From Candidatus Binatia bacterium (GTDB lineage: Bacteria > Desulfobacterota > Binatia > Bin18), in the NCBI GenBank assembly GCA_963666315.2, contig CAXXHG010000011.1, positions 1-57,084 on the forward strand: a stretch of 57,084 bases of DNA, written 5' to 3'. Below, piece after piece: positions 29,649 to 40,404 of this stretch. Within the stretch, counting starts at the first letter, position 1. Every line of letters starts with the position of its first letter. The notes below the pieces were generated by a model. It searched no databases. It was not told the DNA's origin and saw nothing but the letters and a program-made list of their open reading frames with translations. Position numbers and translations under genes: made by a program.

Positions 29649-31577
29649 TTAAAAATACTGCCCGATACTGAAATGGACCTCCCACGGACCATCGTCTTCG
29701 GCTGGATTAACGGGGAAGCCGATATCGAGACGAAGCGGGCCGACAGGGGTCGCGTAGCTCATCCCAAAGCCAGGAGCAAATTGGAGATCGTCAAAAGGAA
29801 GGTCATACGAATCAAGCGAGACCTGGCCAAAATCGAGGAAAATTGCGCCGGATAGATTACGCCACAACGACCGGCGCAGTTCGACCGATCCTTCAACCAC
29901 GCTCAGCCCGCCTAAGGGATCGTCAGCACGGTTCAGCGGGCCAAGTGTATGACGCCCATAGCCACGCACGCTACCTGCGCCGCCAGCATAGAACCGTTCA
30001 GACAATGGCATATTTTTCAGCGACCCAAACGCATCACTCAGACCGATTTCCAGACGACTCGCCAGGACAACACCCCAGCCGATACGCTGATAGCGTTTGG
30101 CCTCGGCAGTCAGGCTGAAGAACTGGTACTCCCCGCCCCAGATTTTTCCGCCTTGGTTGGCAAACAGCGATACGATACCCCCTTGAGTTGGATTGAGCGG
30201 ATCTTCTGTCGTATCCCAGACAAGGCCGAGAGACGGGCCGGACAGTACGCCTTCCCGCCGAATACCGCCCAGGGTCTGTACGGTGGAGCTCGCGACCTCA
30301 TTGAATTTCAGAAACTCCAGACGGTAGCCGGCAAAGCCGGAGAGCGTGGGGGAGAAGTATCGCTCTATGCGCGGTCGGAATCGGGAATAGTTCAGCAAAT
30401 AGGTGTCTTCATCTTCCTGTCCTTGCTGTACGTCAAGGTGCAGCTTGTTGGCATGGGCCAGAAAATAGGGCTGCACCAACGTTGCCCCCAGCGAACGGTG
30501 GATGGATGACAGGCGCAGAGCAAAGGAGAGCCGGCGTCCTCCACCCAGCCAATTCCGATGGAGCCAGGCCGCGTGGCCGATAAATTCTTCCTCTGTGCTA
30601 TAGCCCGCGCCGAGTCGAATACTACGCGGTTCTTTTTCTTCGACCCGTACCCGGATGGGAATCTCGCGAGGCTTTTCCTCTGCCCGCTGGAGTTCCACAC
30701 TCACAGAGCGGAAAAGGTCTAAGCCGAGCAAACTCTTTCGCGTATCCTTAATATGGCGGAGCGAAAACTGCTCGCCGGATCGATACGCCAATTCCCCGAG
30801 GATGAGCTGAGGGTCAACACGCTGCGTGCCCGTCACATCGGTTTCGCCAAACGTCGTCTGCGGCCCAGGCTGAATCGTGTAGGCTACGCGGACGTGCTGG
30901 GTGTTGAGATTGACTTCTGCTTTGCGTTGAATCTCGACCCAGGCACGGCCGCGCTGGAGAAACGCTTGGCGCAGTACGTGCTCGGTCTGCGCGTAGGCGG
31001 CTTCAGTAAAAATCGTACCGGACGTGAGGGGCAAGGCCGCAGGTAAATCGGCACGTAAATCAGACAGTGGGGGACCACCTTGCTGCGCAGCTGCACTCGC
31101 GAGTTCGACGGTCACGGTCGAGACGGTTACCGGCCCGTTCTCTACGACCCGGATGGCAATAGCAACGAGTGCTGTGCGGCCGTCCGTTTGCAGCTCATAT
31201 GTAATTTCGGCCTGGTAATACCCCCACGTTTTATAGTAGTGCTGCAAACGTTCAAGGTCTGTCTCAAACGCGACCGGATCAAAGAGGGGACGTTTCTTCC
31301 AGGGTAAATACCAGGGGCGACTGTGGGTCCGAAGCTCGGCGAGGAGCGTCTTCTCCTCAAATGCGTGGTTCCCGGACAGCACAAGGGTAGACACACGCCA
31401 TTCCCGCTCCGGGTTTAGCTGTTGAATAGACAACGCCAGGGCCGGCCCGCTCCCCCAACCGATAGTCCAATTCGACCCTGCTGATCCTGCTGACCCTGCC
31501 GGCCCTGCGAGCCACAGGAGAAACCAGGCCACCTGCAGGATACGTTTTTGCCTATGGGATGATCGTGTGTTTTGCAT
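29649..31577 (-). CDS. tamA: TamA/BamA (Omp85) outer-membrane protein with POTRA domains
   Basis: POTRA motifs, ERFYAGGAGSVRGY, YATPVGPLRLDIGFP, terminal FSIGQYF. Confidence 0.9.
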   Translation of the reverse strand: MQNTRSSHRQKRILQVAWFLLWLAGPAGSAGSAGSNWTIGWGSGPALALSIQQLNPEREWRVSTLVLSGNHAFEEKTLLAELRTHSRPWYLPWKKRPLFDPVAFETDLERLQHYYKTWGYYQAEITYELQTDGRTALVAIAIRVVENGPVTVSTVTVELASAAAQQGGPPLSDLRADLPAALPLTSGTIFTEAAYAQTEHVLRQAFLQRGRAWVEIQRKAEVNLNTQHVRVAYTIQPGPQTTFGETDVTGTQRVDPQLILGELAYRSGEQFSLRHIKDTRKSLLGLDLFRSVSVELQRAEEKPREIPIRVRVEEKEPRSIRLGAGYSTEEEFIGHAAWLHRNWLGGGRRLSFALRLSSIHRSLGATLVQPYFLAHANKLHLDVQQGQEDEDTYLLNYSRFRPRIERYFSPTLSGFAGYRLEFLKFNEVASSTVQTLGGIRREGVLSGPSLGLVWDTTEDPLNPTQGGIVSLFANQGGKIWGGEYQFFSLTAEAKRYQRIGWGVVLASRLEIGLSDAFGSLKNMPLSERFYAGGAGSVRGYGRHTLGPLNRADDPLGGLSVVEGSVELRRSLWRNLSGAIFLDFGQVSLDSYDLPFDDLQFAPGFGMSYATPVGPLRLDIGFPVNPAEDDGPWEVHFSIGQYF

Positions 31578-31657
31578 GCACGGGTGCGCACTCTCTCCCT
31601 GTGGACATGTCCTTAGTATCCGATCCGAACAACCATATAACTATGGGCACCCGCTTC

Positions 31658-31685
31658 TGTCATTCTGAGCAAAGCGAAGAATCTC
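31658..31685 (+). repeat. Single copy of the widespread GTCATTCTGAGCGAAGCGAAGAATCT-type REP-like intergenic repeat
   Basis: TGTCATTCTGAGCAAAGCGAAGAATCTC between yihY and tamA; recognised from memory, single copy here. Confidence 0.55.
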
Positions 31686-31730
31686 TGTCTTTGTCGTGGA
31701 GAGGAGAGGAGAGTCAGCAGGGCCTAACGT

Positions 31731-33071
31731 CTAATATTGTAACGAGGACTCGGTGGCTAAGGACCGCAGCGTCATTCCGTCAAGAGCCTGCGAGACGGCC
31801 TGATCGCGGCGTTGCAACAGCGCTGAGATGGCATCCTGCCGAGGCGCAGTAGTATCGCCTCCAGACGTACTGCGAAGCATATCCAGAATTTCAACCAGCC
31901 CGATTTGCTCGGGTGGCCGGCTGAGGACAATTCCATCCGGCTTAATAGTCCGTAAGAGCAAGCCTTTTGCCAGCAGTGTATCGACGAGTTCCTCCAGGGC
32001 AGAAAGCTGCACTTTTATGCCCTTCGCCAAGTCCGGCAACGACCGTGGGGTTTGCTCGCTGAGATAGCGGCGGGTGACTTCCACTAAGGCGGTGAGGATC
32101 AGTCGCTCGCGTGAAAGCGGCGTCTTGCCATCAAGCTCTTGCCCGGCCCGATACAGGCTGGGGTATTGGTGAAAATAGGCAACCTGTGCGCCGATCAGGA
32201 TAATCAGCCAGCTTGCATACAGCCAAATGAAAAAGAAGACCAGGATGGCAAAGCTGGAGTAAATCGCCGCATAGCGGGTCGAACTGACCACAAAGGCGGC
32301 AAAACCCATACCGGCCAGTTGCCACAGAATCGCCGTTACAGCCCCGCCGATAAGCGCCGACCCAAACGGCACCCTCGTATTGGGGACGAATTTGTACAGA
32401 AATGTAAAGGCAATACATAAAAAGGCAAACGGCATCAGACGCGCGGCCACAACCACAAGCGGACCAAGCAACTCATTCGTGACGAGGTATTGGACAACGG
32501 TGTTACTCTGGGCTGAAGCAATCACCGTCAACGAGCTAAAGATTAAAACTGGACCGACCAAGACCACGCTCAGGTAGTCGCTAAACTTTTTGGGCCAGCT
32601 CCGGGAGTGTCGGACTTGCCAAATATAATTGAGTGCGTCTTCGATCTTACTAATCAGCGAGACCACTGTGTAGAATAAAGTAGCAACACCCACCGCACCA
32701 AGAACGCCCACGCGGAGGTTATCCACAAAGCCTATCACCTGCTCCGTAATTTCTACACCGCGCTGGCCCAACGGTTCCAGCCATTGGGCCAGTACAGGCT
32801 CAATTTGGTTCTGGATACCGAATGCCGTCAACACGGCAAACATGACCGCCAGGAGTGGAGCCAGAGACAAGAGGGTGACATAGGTCAACCCCATAGCCCG
32901 CAGGCTGAGTGCGTCGTCGCGCACTTTTTCGGTGACAACCGAGACAAAATGCACGCTGCTCGACATCAACTCGGTGACACCAGCTCGGATAGATCGGAGA
33001 GATCGGATGGCTGGGAGGTCAACACTCCGGGCTTTTTCCCAGACTTTTTCTACGCTGGACTCCTGGTTCAT
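31731..33071 (-). CDS. YihY/virulence factor BrkB family membrane protein with C-terminal wHTH (Rrf2-like) extension
   Basis: LRAMGLTYVTLLSLAP, IEDALNYIW, LYKFVPNTRV, YAAIYSSFA, WLYASWLIILIGA; tail LSRPPEQIGL. Confidence 0.9.
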   Translation of the reverse strand: MNQESSVEKVWEKARSVDLPAIRSLRSIRAGVTELMSSSVHFVSVVTEKVRDDALSLRAMGLTYVTLLSLAPLLAVMFAVLTAFGIQNQIEPVLAQWLEPLGQRGVEITEQVIGFVDNLRVGVLGAVGVATLFYTVVSLISKIEDALNYIWQVRHSRSWPKKFSDYLSVVLVGPVLIFSSLTVIASAQSNTVVQYLVTNELLGPLVVVAARLMPFAFLCIAFTFLYKFVPNTRVPFGSALIGGAVTAILWQLAGMGFAAFVVSSTRYAAIYSSFAILVFFFIWLYASWLIILIGAQVAYFHQYPSLYRAGQELDGKTPLSRERLILTALVEVTRRYLSEQTPRSLPDLAKGIKVQLSALEELVDTLLAKGLLLRTIKPDGIVLSRPPEQIGLVEILDMLRSTSGGDTTAPRQDAISALLQRRDQAVSQALDGMTLRSLATESSLQY

Positions 33072-33336
33072 AGGGCGAATTTCCGCTGAAGCGGTTCTCA
33101 AAAATCACATCTTCTACGCATGGCTTATGTAGCATTAGTCCAGATCTAACGCTACGGATCTACGCGTTGTGCTTGCTGAAAAGCGGCCCTTACATCAACA
33201 CAGCCAGGCACGATCAGATGCGATTCGTCGTAAAAAAATTCTGAGCTGGAAAGTTTCGCGACACAACGCAGCCATGCAGTCCGCCTCTTGTGTTCTGCAT
33301 TGTTTTCCCCTACCCGTGTGCCACGAGGAGGAACGC

Positions 33337-33960
33337 ATGGAAGAACACGTGACCTTTCCAGTTGGTGATATCAGTCTGGAAGGCTTGTTTTGGACACCCC
33401 AAGACACCGCCCAGATAGGAGTCGTCCTGTGCCATCCTCACCCGCTATACGGCGGAGAAATGCGGAACAATGTGGTGTCGGCTCTCGTAAATACTTTCCA
33501 AAAGGCAGACATTGCCACGTTGCGTTTTAATTTTCGTGGCGTTGGGCAAAGTGGCGGCCAGCATGGCGAAGGCGAGGCCGAGCTTGAGGATGTCAAGGCG
33601 GCAGTCACGGCGTTACTCGACCGCCAGGCGGTCTCTCAGGTTGTGGTTGCCGGCTACTCTTTTGGCTCGATGGTCGGCCTGCGGGCCGGAGCAAACGACG
33701 GCCGCGTTCATACGCTGATTGGCGTGGCGTTTCCGATGGGCTTCCGGGACCCCTCTTTCCTCCTAGACGTGACGAAACCGACCCTGCTGATCAGCGGAGA
33801 TCGAGACGAGTATGCTCCTCTCCCTGACCTGACCGATTTCTTCTCAAAAATGCGCGAACCGAAACAGCTTGAGATCATCACCGCGGCGGATCATTTCTTT
33901 ATGGCCCAGGCAGGTGAAGTAGCAAAAGCCGCACTCGCATTCCTCCAGACGGAGACATGA
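33337..33960 (+). CDS. Alpha/beta hydrolase
   Basis: CHPHPLYGGEM.NNVV, LRFNFRGVG, GYSFG nucleophile, GDRD, ADHFF; GAGGAGG RBS. Confidence 0.92.
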   Translation: MEEHVTFPVGDISLEGLFWTPQDTAQIGVVLCHPHPLYGGEMRNNVVSALVNTFQKADIATLRFNFRGVGQSGGQHGEGEAELEDVKAAVTALLDRQAVSQVVVAGYSFGSMVGLRAGANDGRVHTLIGVAFPMGFRDPSFLLDVTKPTLLISGDRDEYAPLPDLTDFFSKMREPKQLEIITAADHFFMAQAGEVAKAALAFLQTET

Positions 33961-33989
33961 GCGCCTGAGATGCGCGCTCGTCCCGTACG

Positions 33990-36900
33990 TCAGCGCGTAC
34001 GCCGGTAACCCTCCACCATCACGCTCAGCAAGACACCGGCCAGGAACGCGCCCAGCCCATCGTGCGGGACCAGCGGACCAATCAAAAACGCGTAGAGTCC
34101 TAAGCCCAGTGTAACGACGCCTTGGCCGAGGAGTAGGGAAGTGAGCCAATGGCTCCGCGGGGACAGGAGCGCTCCCGCTCCATTTGCTCCCGCCCCAACT
34201 CCTACCGCCTGCCCAGCTAACTGCCACGTCGCCAAGGAGAGTAACGACAACGTCAACAACATCATCCCCCATTGCGGCAGCGTCGGAATGCCCAGGACGT
34301 TGGTGAACGTACAGGCCACAGTCCCACCGGCGGCCAGTGTGATCGTACCTTGGCCTGTGTCTTTATCGGCCACCGCACTCGTCCCAGTGCCGCTACTCGC
34401 ACATACCACCGTGTCCAGCTTCCACTCCGTCGGCACGATCTCGGTGATCGTAAACGTCCCCGGCGCCAGGCTACTAAACGTTTGGATATTGGTACCGTTG
34501 CCATCATCCACCAACGAGAAGTCTGCCAGACCCGTCCCACCCGTAGTGAAAAAGAAGGTCCCCGGCCCTTCGACGCTCGCCATACTATTGCTCACCGGCG
34601 CGGAGGTGACCGCCGTCCCAATATTTATCGTCCCGTCTTTGACTTGAAACGTCACCGTGCCTTCGTCGACTACGGAGCCGGTGACCGTGGCTGTCAGGAC
34701 CACATCCTGTGCCGCAGCCGTGAAGGTTGCCGTCTGGCCCGCCACCGTGGTCGTGGTCGGGGCCACCGTCAGCGTGTCGCTGTCCGTCGCACTGTTGTTG
34801 TCCGGCACGGGATCCGTCACGGCGGAGCTGACGGTCGCTGTGTTACTCACGGTCCCGGTGGCCTCGGCTGCCGTGCAGGTCACGGTGTAGGTCACTGCGC
34901 TGCCGGCGGGCATGGTGAGCGTATCACTCGGATTGCCCGCCCCCATGGTATTGCCGGTCGCCCCGCCTGCCGCCGTGCTCGTAAAGCTACACCCCGTGAA
35001 CGTTGCCGGAAACGGGTCCGTCACCGACACACCCGGCGCAGCGGAGGGGCCGTTATTGGTGACGATCACGGCGTAGGTCAGGGTGGTGCCGAAGGCCACC
35101 GAGGTCACGCCGTCGTCCTTGCTGATCGACAGATCCGTCTCTGCGCTCGCCAGCGGAGTCATGTGGCTGGCGCTGTCGTTGCCGGCGGTGGGATCCGTCT
35201 CGTTGCCCGCCACCGTGGCGGTGTTGGTGATGGCCGCGGTTTGCCCCGCGTCCACCATGACGATGAAGGTCAAGGCGACGCTGGCCCCGTAGGCCAGCGC
35301 GGGGACCATACAGGTGACCGTGCTGCCCACAACGGTGCAGCCCGAGGCGGACGAGACGAAGGTCAGGCCGGTCGGTAGCACGTCAGTGATCGTGCCGCCA
35401 GTCGAATCCGAGGGGCCGTTGTTGGTCACGGTCAGGGTGTAGGTGATGGTGGTGCCGGGCACGAAGGTCGCCCCAACGTCATCCTTGACGATGGCCAGAT
35501 CGGTTTGCGGCGCCAGCACGGTGCCACTATCGGTGGCGCTGTTGTTGGCCGTGACGGGATCGGGCACCGAGCTGGTGACGGTCGCCGTGTTGGAGAGCGT
35601 ACCCATGGCGGCGGCGGTGGTGCAGCTGACGGTGTAGGTGACGCTGCTCCCCACGAGCAGGTTGAGGGTCTCGGCGAGGTTGCCTGATCCTGACGCCGTA
35701 TTACCCGTGGCCCCTCCAGCGGCGACGCTGGTGAAGGTGCAGGTCAGATCCGCCGGAAAGGTGTCGGTCAGCGTCGCGGCGGGATCCGTACTCGGGCCGT
35801 CGTTCGAGACCACAATCGTATAGGTTAGAGACTGGCCGGGTGTCGCCAAGGCGACCCCGTCGGTCTTGGTGACCGCCACGTCTGCGCTTGGCGTCAGCAC
35901 AGTGTCACTATCGGTGGCGCTGTGGTTGGCCGTGACGGGATCGGTCACCGAGCTGGTGACGGCCGCCGTGTTCGAGAGCGTGCCCGTGGCCGTGGCCGTG
36001 GCCGCAATCGTGCACGGCACCGTGTACGTCACCATACTCCCCACGGGCAGGTTGAGTGTCTCCGCCAGGTCCCCCGACCCCGCCGCTGTGTTGCCCGTCG
36101 CCCCCCCACGCTCGTCCAACTGCAAGTCAGCACCGCCGCAAAGGGGTCCGTCAGCGTAGCCGCCGGATCGGCGCTAGGTCCCGCGTTCGTCACCACGATC
36201 GTATAGGTCACCTGCTGCCCCGGTGTGGCTGCCGTCACCCCATCGTCCTTCGTCACCCCCACGTCCGCTTCAGGATTGACCGTCAGCGGTATCGTTCGCC
36301 GTCCCACTATTACCCAAAGACGAGATCAGGTCGCCGGTGGTGTTGACGTGCATCCCGGCTGTGCTGCGCGTCACGTCAACGCTGAGCGTACAGCTCGCCC
36401 CGACCGCTACCATCCCCCCACTGTAGGTGATCACACCAGCGCCCACCGGGGCCGTCGGGGTGCCACCCGTGCAGAAAATCACGGCGTTGTTGGGCGTGGC
36501 AATCACCACGTCCGCCGGTAGAGTATCGCCAAAGTCCAGACGGCTCGCGGCGGCCCCGCTGTTCGTGTTGTCGATGGTGAACGTCAGCGTGCTGAGCTCG
36601 CCTGCGGTGATCGAATCGGGCGTGAAGCTCTTGCTGAATGTCGGGAGGCTAACCATGAAAACAATGACCCCGCCGCCACTCGTGCCTGCATACTGTGTCA
36701 GCCCACTCGAATCCACCGCCAGGTTTTTGACGAAAACATCGCCCAGGCCCATGTTCAACGCGGCCCAGTTCTCCCCCCCCCCCCCCCCCGCCCCCCGTCC
36801 ATGCTCTTAAACACCCCGTTGAAAAGCGTGCCCGCATGCAGCGTCGGCGGCGTCAGCGGATCCACCACCAGCGCATGGACGATGGGATTCCCCGGGCCGT

Positions 36901-37102
36901 TCGTCGTCCATTGGTTCAGCCCCGCATGCACGGCGGGCACCAGCAGGAGGCCAGCCAGCAGCCAGGGACCAGTACACTCCAGGACCAGACGCCGGCACCA
37001 CACAGACACCCCGGCAACGGCCACCACTCGACCGGATCGGACGGGGGAGGCAAGACGGAATACTCCTGCGATCTTCCTGATTTCTTGCTGGAACGGCTGC
37101 AC
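33990..37102 (-). pseudogene. Large Thr-rich DUF11-repeat surface protein with IPTL-CTERM sorting signal, in four frameshifted pieces
   Basis: Signal peptide VHA-G and propeller-like start (36755-37102). Repeats of ADV.VTK.D...PG..TYTIVV.N.GPS...TD..P...NTATV...DP...NNSATD. C-terminal IPTLPQWG plus TM. Breaks at about 36773-36796, 36288 and 36105. Confidence 0.85.
36773..36796 (-). repeat. Homopolymer tract G6-C-G17 (coding strand)
   Basis: C17-G-C6 on the + strand. Confidence 0.9.
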
Positions 37103-37275
37103 CCAGAACGGGGCAGCAGTGCAGCGCTACCTTGGGAAGCGTTTCATCATTCCATGATTGGCCGCTACCACACCACACAGGCTTCCCCGTATACCAAAAC
37201 CTACATACAGGCTAGGGCTTCCTGTTTACCAAATTCTACGTGTAGACTAGGGTTTATTATATACTAAACTCTACG

Positions 37276-37424
37276 TAACCTCAGTGCGGGGTAAGTACGG
37301 AGCAGGCGTTAAGGCAGAGGGAAGGTTTCTTCGGCGGGTGGCAGTAGGCAATCAAGCCGCAGAGAAGATTGACCAGGAAGTTAATGGGACGGCGATGGCG
37401 CGAGTGCTCAATCTGGAAGATGTC
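37276..37424 (-). mobile_element. IS982-family transposase C-terminal remnant with probable right end
   Basis: Manual translation [36 protein letters not shown] matches the IS982 C-terminal motif; followed by ACCCCGCACTGAGGTTA resembling IS982 termini. Confidence 0.8.
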
Positions 37425-37460
37425 AGTCGAAGGGGAGAGAGGAATTCACAGAAGAATTAC

Positions 37461-38597
37461 CTATTTTTCCACATAGGTAACGCTTTCAAGTTGACGAGAA
37501 AACCGGGCAGCGATCTGCACCTGGGTTCTCACCGCCCCAAATGGCTCATCTGCCTCTTCAGCAATCGCACTGATACGCTCCAGAGTGCTGCGTAGGTCTC
37601 TATTGTTGCTTTCATAGAACTGTTCAAACATCCCGAGATCTTGCAGATACATGAGATATTGCAGGATCACAGCGTTGTTGAGTTGGACTGAAGCAAAGTC
37701 AGCAGTTTGGCGGATAGCACCAGGAAGTTGCCGAAATTCCTCTTGCAGTTGGACAAACAAAGAGGCTCGCTGTTTCAGCTTTTCTTCTTCGCTGAGCGGG
37801 GACGCATACAACGCAGTCAACCTCTGCCGTGCATACTCGAGAAATTGCGAAACCGATAGTTCTCGTTCCCAGATCGCCCGAACCTTTTGGGTCAAAGCGT
37901 CCGCCTCTCCTTTCTCTTGGGCAAAAAACGCAATGGCGCCGCGATGGCCGGCAAAATTGGCCAGGGATTCGTTAAAGGCCGTCTGACCGGACAGGTAAAA
38001 TGTATTATGAAACAATTCGTGCAGAACAATATTTGTCAACGTCTGTGCGTCGTACCGCAACAGATGGGGCAAGAGCGGATCAGCAAACCAGCCCAGGGTG
38101 CTAAAAGCGGCCGCAGTCCGAATATAGGTGTCATAACCTTCGGTCTCCAGCCGACGCGCTTCGGCTTGTGCCTCCTCGGCCTCGAAATAGCCTTTGTACG
38201 CGACACTGCCGACTATGGGGAACCACCACGTATACGACTCTAAGCGCGTGCGCCGTGCAGCCGTGACAACATGGATCGTTGGCGGAGAGGGCAGCTCAGA
38301 CAGGCTGCTATAGCTCCCACCAACCCGAAAGCCGAGTTCTTGCTCGGCAAACTGCCGCACCCGCAAGACGGTCTGGAGTTTATCACGTGTTGACGGATCG
38401 AGCGTGGTGGAGTGGCGCAGGATATCGACAATGGGTTTCCGATACCACAGGATTTTCGCTTCTTCATACCCTGCCCGAAGAATATACACCGGAGAGCAGG
38501 CAGGCAGAAGACCAACCAGAACCAACAGGAGCCCGTGCAGGAGCCCGTGCTGATAAGAGGTGGGCCTATCTCTAGGTCTTCTCCAACGCAGGTTCAC
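37461..38597 (-). CDS. Putative Zn aminopeptidase lipoprotein (DUF2265-like)
   Basis: Lipobox LPAC; YTWWFPIVGSVAYKGYF, AFSTLGWFADPL, HELFH...FNESLA, LNNA; start uncertain. Confidence 0.88.
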   Translation of the reverse strand: MNLRWRRPRDRPTSYQHGLLHGLLLVLVGLLPACSPVYILRAGYEEAKILWYRKPIVDILRHSTTLDPSTRDKLQTVLRVRQFAEQELGFRVGGSYSSLSELPSPPTIHVVTAARRTRLESYTWWFPIVGSVAYKGYFEAEEAQAEARRLETEGYDTYIRTAAAFSTLGWFADPLLPHLLRYDAQTLTNIVLHELFHNTFYLSGQTAFNESLANFAGHRGAIAFFAQEKGEADALTQKVRAIWERELSVSQFLEYARQRLTALYASPLSEEEKLKQRASLFVQLQEEFRQLPGAIRQTADFASVQLNNAVILQYLMYLQDLGMFEQFYESNNRDLRSTLERISAIAEEADEPFGAVRTQVQIAARFSRQLESVTYVEK

Positions 38598-40404
38598 CCC
38601 TCCGAATATCAGACACGCCGATTGTGTGCGCGTCATGCAGGTGCGCGTACTGCAATTGGTATAAGCGCCAGTAAATTCCTCGTTGTTCAATCAATTCCTG
38701 ATGGGTGCCGACCTCACGCAGTTTTCCCTTGTGCATGACCAGGATGCGGTCGGCGTTCTGAATGGTGGAAAACCGATGCGCAATCACGAGCGTGGTGCGG
38801 TTCCGCATCAGCTTCGTCAGCGCATCCTGGATGAGCACTTCCGTCTCCGGATCAACGCTTGAGGTTGCCTCGTCTAAAATCAGGATGGCGGGATCATACG
38901 CTAACGCCCGGGCGAAGGACAGCAGCTGGCGTTGGCCGGCCGACAAATTCGACCCGCGCTCGTGGAGCTGCTCGCCGTAGCCATCGGGCAGTTGCTGGAT
39001 AAAGCGCTCCGCGTTCACGTGCCGCGCGGCCCGCACCAGATCGGCCTGCGACAGGTCCGTCCGCCCCAGGCTAATATTGGTGGCGACATCGCCTACAAAC
39101 AGGAACACGTCCTGCAACACGACACCAATGCGACTGCGCAAGACCTTCACGTCCCACTGGCGAATATCAACGCCATCGACCAAGATTCGTCCGCGCTGAA
39201 TATCGTGAAATCGATTCAGCACTTTGCTGATCGTCGTCTTGCCCGCCCCGGTTGCACCCACAATGGCAATGTTCTCACCCGGCGCAACCGAGAACGACAC
39301 ATCCCGCAACACCCAGTCTTCCTCTTTGTACGCAAACCACACATGCTCAAACACGATCCCGCCTGTGACCTGCTGTGGCTGGTACGGCTGTTCGGGGGAA
39401 GTAATCGTGACCGGCGTATCAAGCAACTGGAACACGCGCTCAATCGCCGTCATGGCCGACTGCATGGTCGTGTATTTGGTGGCGAATTCTCGAATAGGCA
39501 CAAAGAACTTCTGCATATACTCGATAAAGGCCACCAGAGTTCCGAGTGCGACCAGGCCCTGCCCGACCTGACCCGCCCCATACCACAACATGAGCGCGAT
39601 GGAGATGGCACTGATCGCTTCAACAATGGAAAACAAGCTGGCTTCATAAATATTGGAGAGGTGGTTGGCATCCCGGTGGTCGCTGTTGCGTTGGTCGAAC
39701 TCAGCAAACAGCTTGGACTCTTGGGCGAAAAGCTGAACGACCATAATCCCGGACAGCGTCTCTTGTAAAAAAGCATTGATGCGGGCCAATCGTTCCCGGA
39801 TGGCACGATACGTCACCCGCGTGCGGACCCGAAAGAAATTCAGGGCAAGCAGCAGCGGCGGCAACAGCGCCAGCGTCACCAGCGCCAGCTGGAAATCGAT
39901 GCTCAGCATGATCACCACGATCCCGCCCAAGGTGAGGATATCCATGAAGATGGTCAACGTGCCCGCAGAAAATGCCTCATTAATCGCATCGACGTCCGTT
40001 GTCAGACGGGTCACCAACCGGCCAACTGGATTGCGTTCAAAAAAGCTCGACGGCAGCTCTTGGAGATGGGCAAACAGATCTCGACGCAAATCGGCCAAGC
40101 CGTGCTGAGCCACCAGCATGGTCGCCTGAAACTGGATGTAGAAAAAAAGAAATTCCCCGAGTAGCGCTACGGCAAAGAATAAGCCGATGCGCGTCAGACC
40201 CTCGGCATCCCCCTCGCCGATGTAGCCGTCAATGCCCAACTTCAAGAGATACGGTTGGGCCAGTATACAGGCCGAGGTCAGTGGCATACACACCAAGGCA
40301 AGGATAAAGTGGGTCCAATACGGGCGAATATAGCGCCACAGCCGACGCAAGAGCGCCAGGTCATACGTTTTCGTCAGCGCTTCTTCTTGCTGTCCGGGTA
40401 TCAC
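38572..40404 (-). CDS. ABC exporter permease/ATPase (heterodimer subunit B, MdlB/YheH-like)
   Basis: TMD plus GATGAGKT, LSAGQRQ, ILDEATS, AHR. Confidence 0.93.
   Translation of the reverse strand: MIPGQQEEALTKTYDLALLRRLWRYIRPYWTHFILALVCMPLTSACILAQPYLLKLGIDGYIGEGDAEGLTRIGLFFAVALLGEFLFFYIQFQATMLVAQHGLADLRRDLFAHLQELPSSFFERNPVGRLVTRLTTDVDAINEAFSAGTLTIFMDILTLGGIVVIMLSIDFQLALVTLALLPPLLLALNFFRVRTRVTYRAIRERLARINAFLQETLSGIMVVQLFAQESKLFAEFDQRNSDHRDANHLSNIYEASLFSIVEAISAISIALMLWYGAGQVGQGLVALGTLVAFIEYMQKFFVPIREFATKYTTMQSAMTAIERVFQLLDTPVTITSPEQPYQPQQVTGGIVFEHVWFAYKEEDWVLRDVSFSVAPGENIAIVGATGAGKTTISKVLNRFHDIQRGRILVDGVDIRQWDVKVLRSRIGVVLQDVFLFVGDVATNISLGRTDLSQADLVRAARHVNAERFIQQLPDGYGEQLHERGSNLSAGQRQLLSFARALAYDPAILILDEATSSVDPETEVLIQDALTKLMRNRTTLVIAHRFSTIQNADRILVMHKGKLREVGTHQELIEQRGIYWRLYQLQYAHLHDAHTIGVSDIRRGEPALEKT

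Noticed and set aside
34700-36270. Repeated DNA as a possible CRISPR array or DGR template/variable repeat
   Set aside because: The repeats are in-frame DUF11 protein modules of about 360-400 bp; there are no spacers, cas genes or reverse transcriptase.
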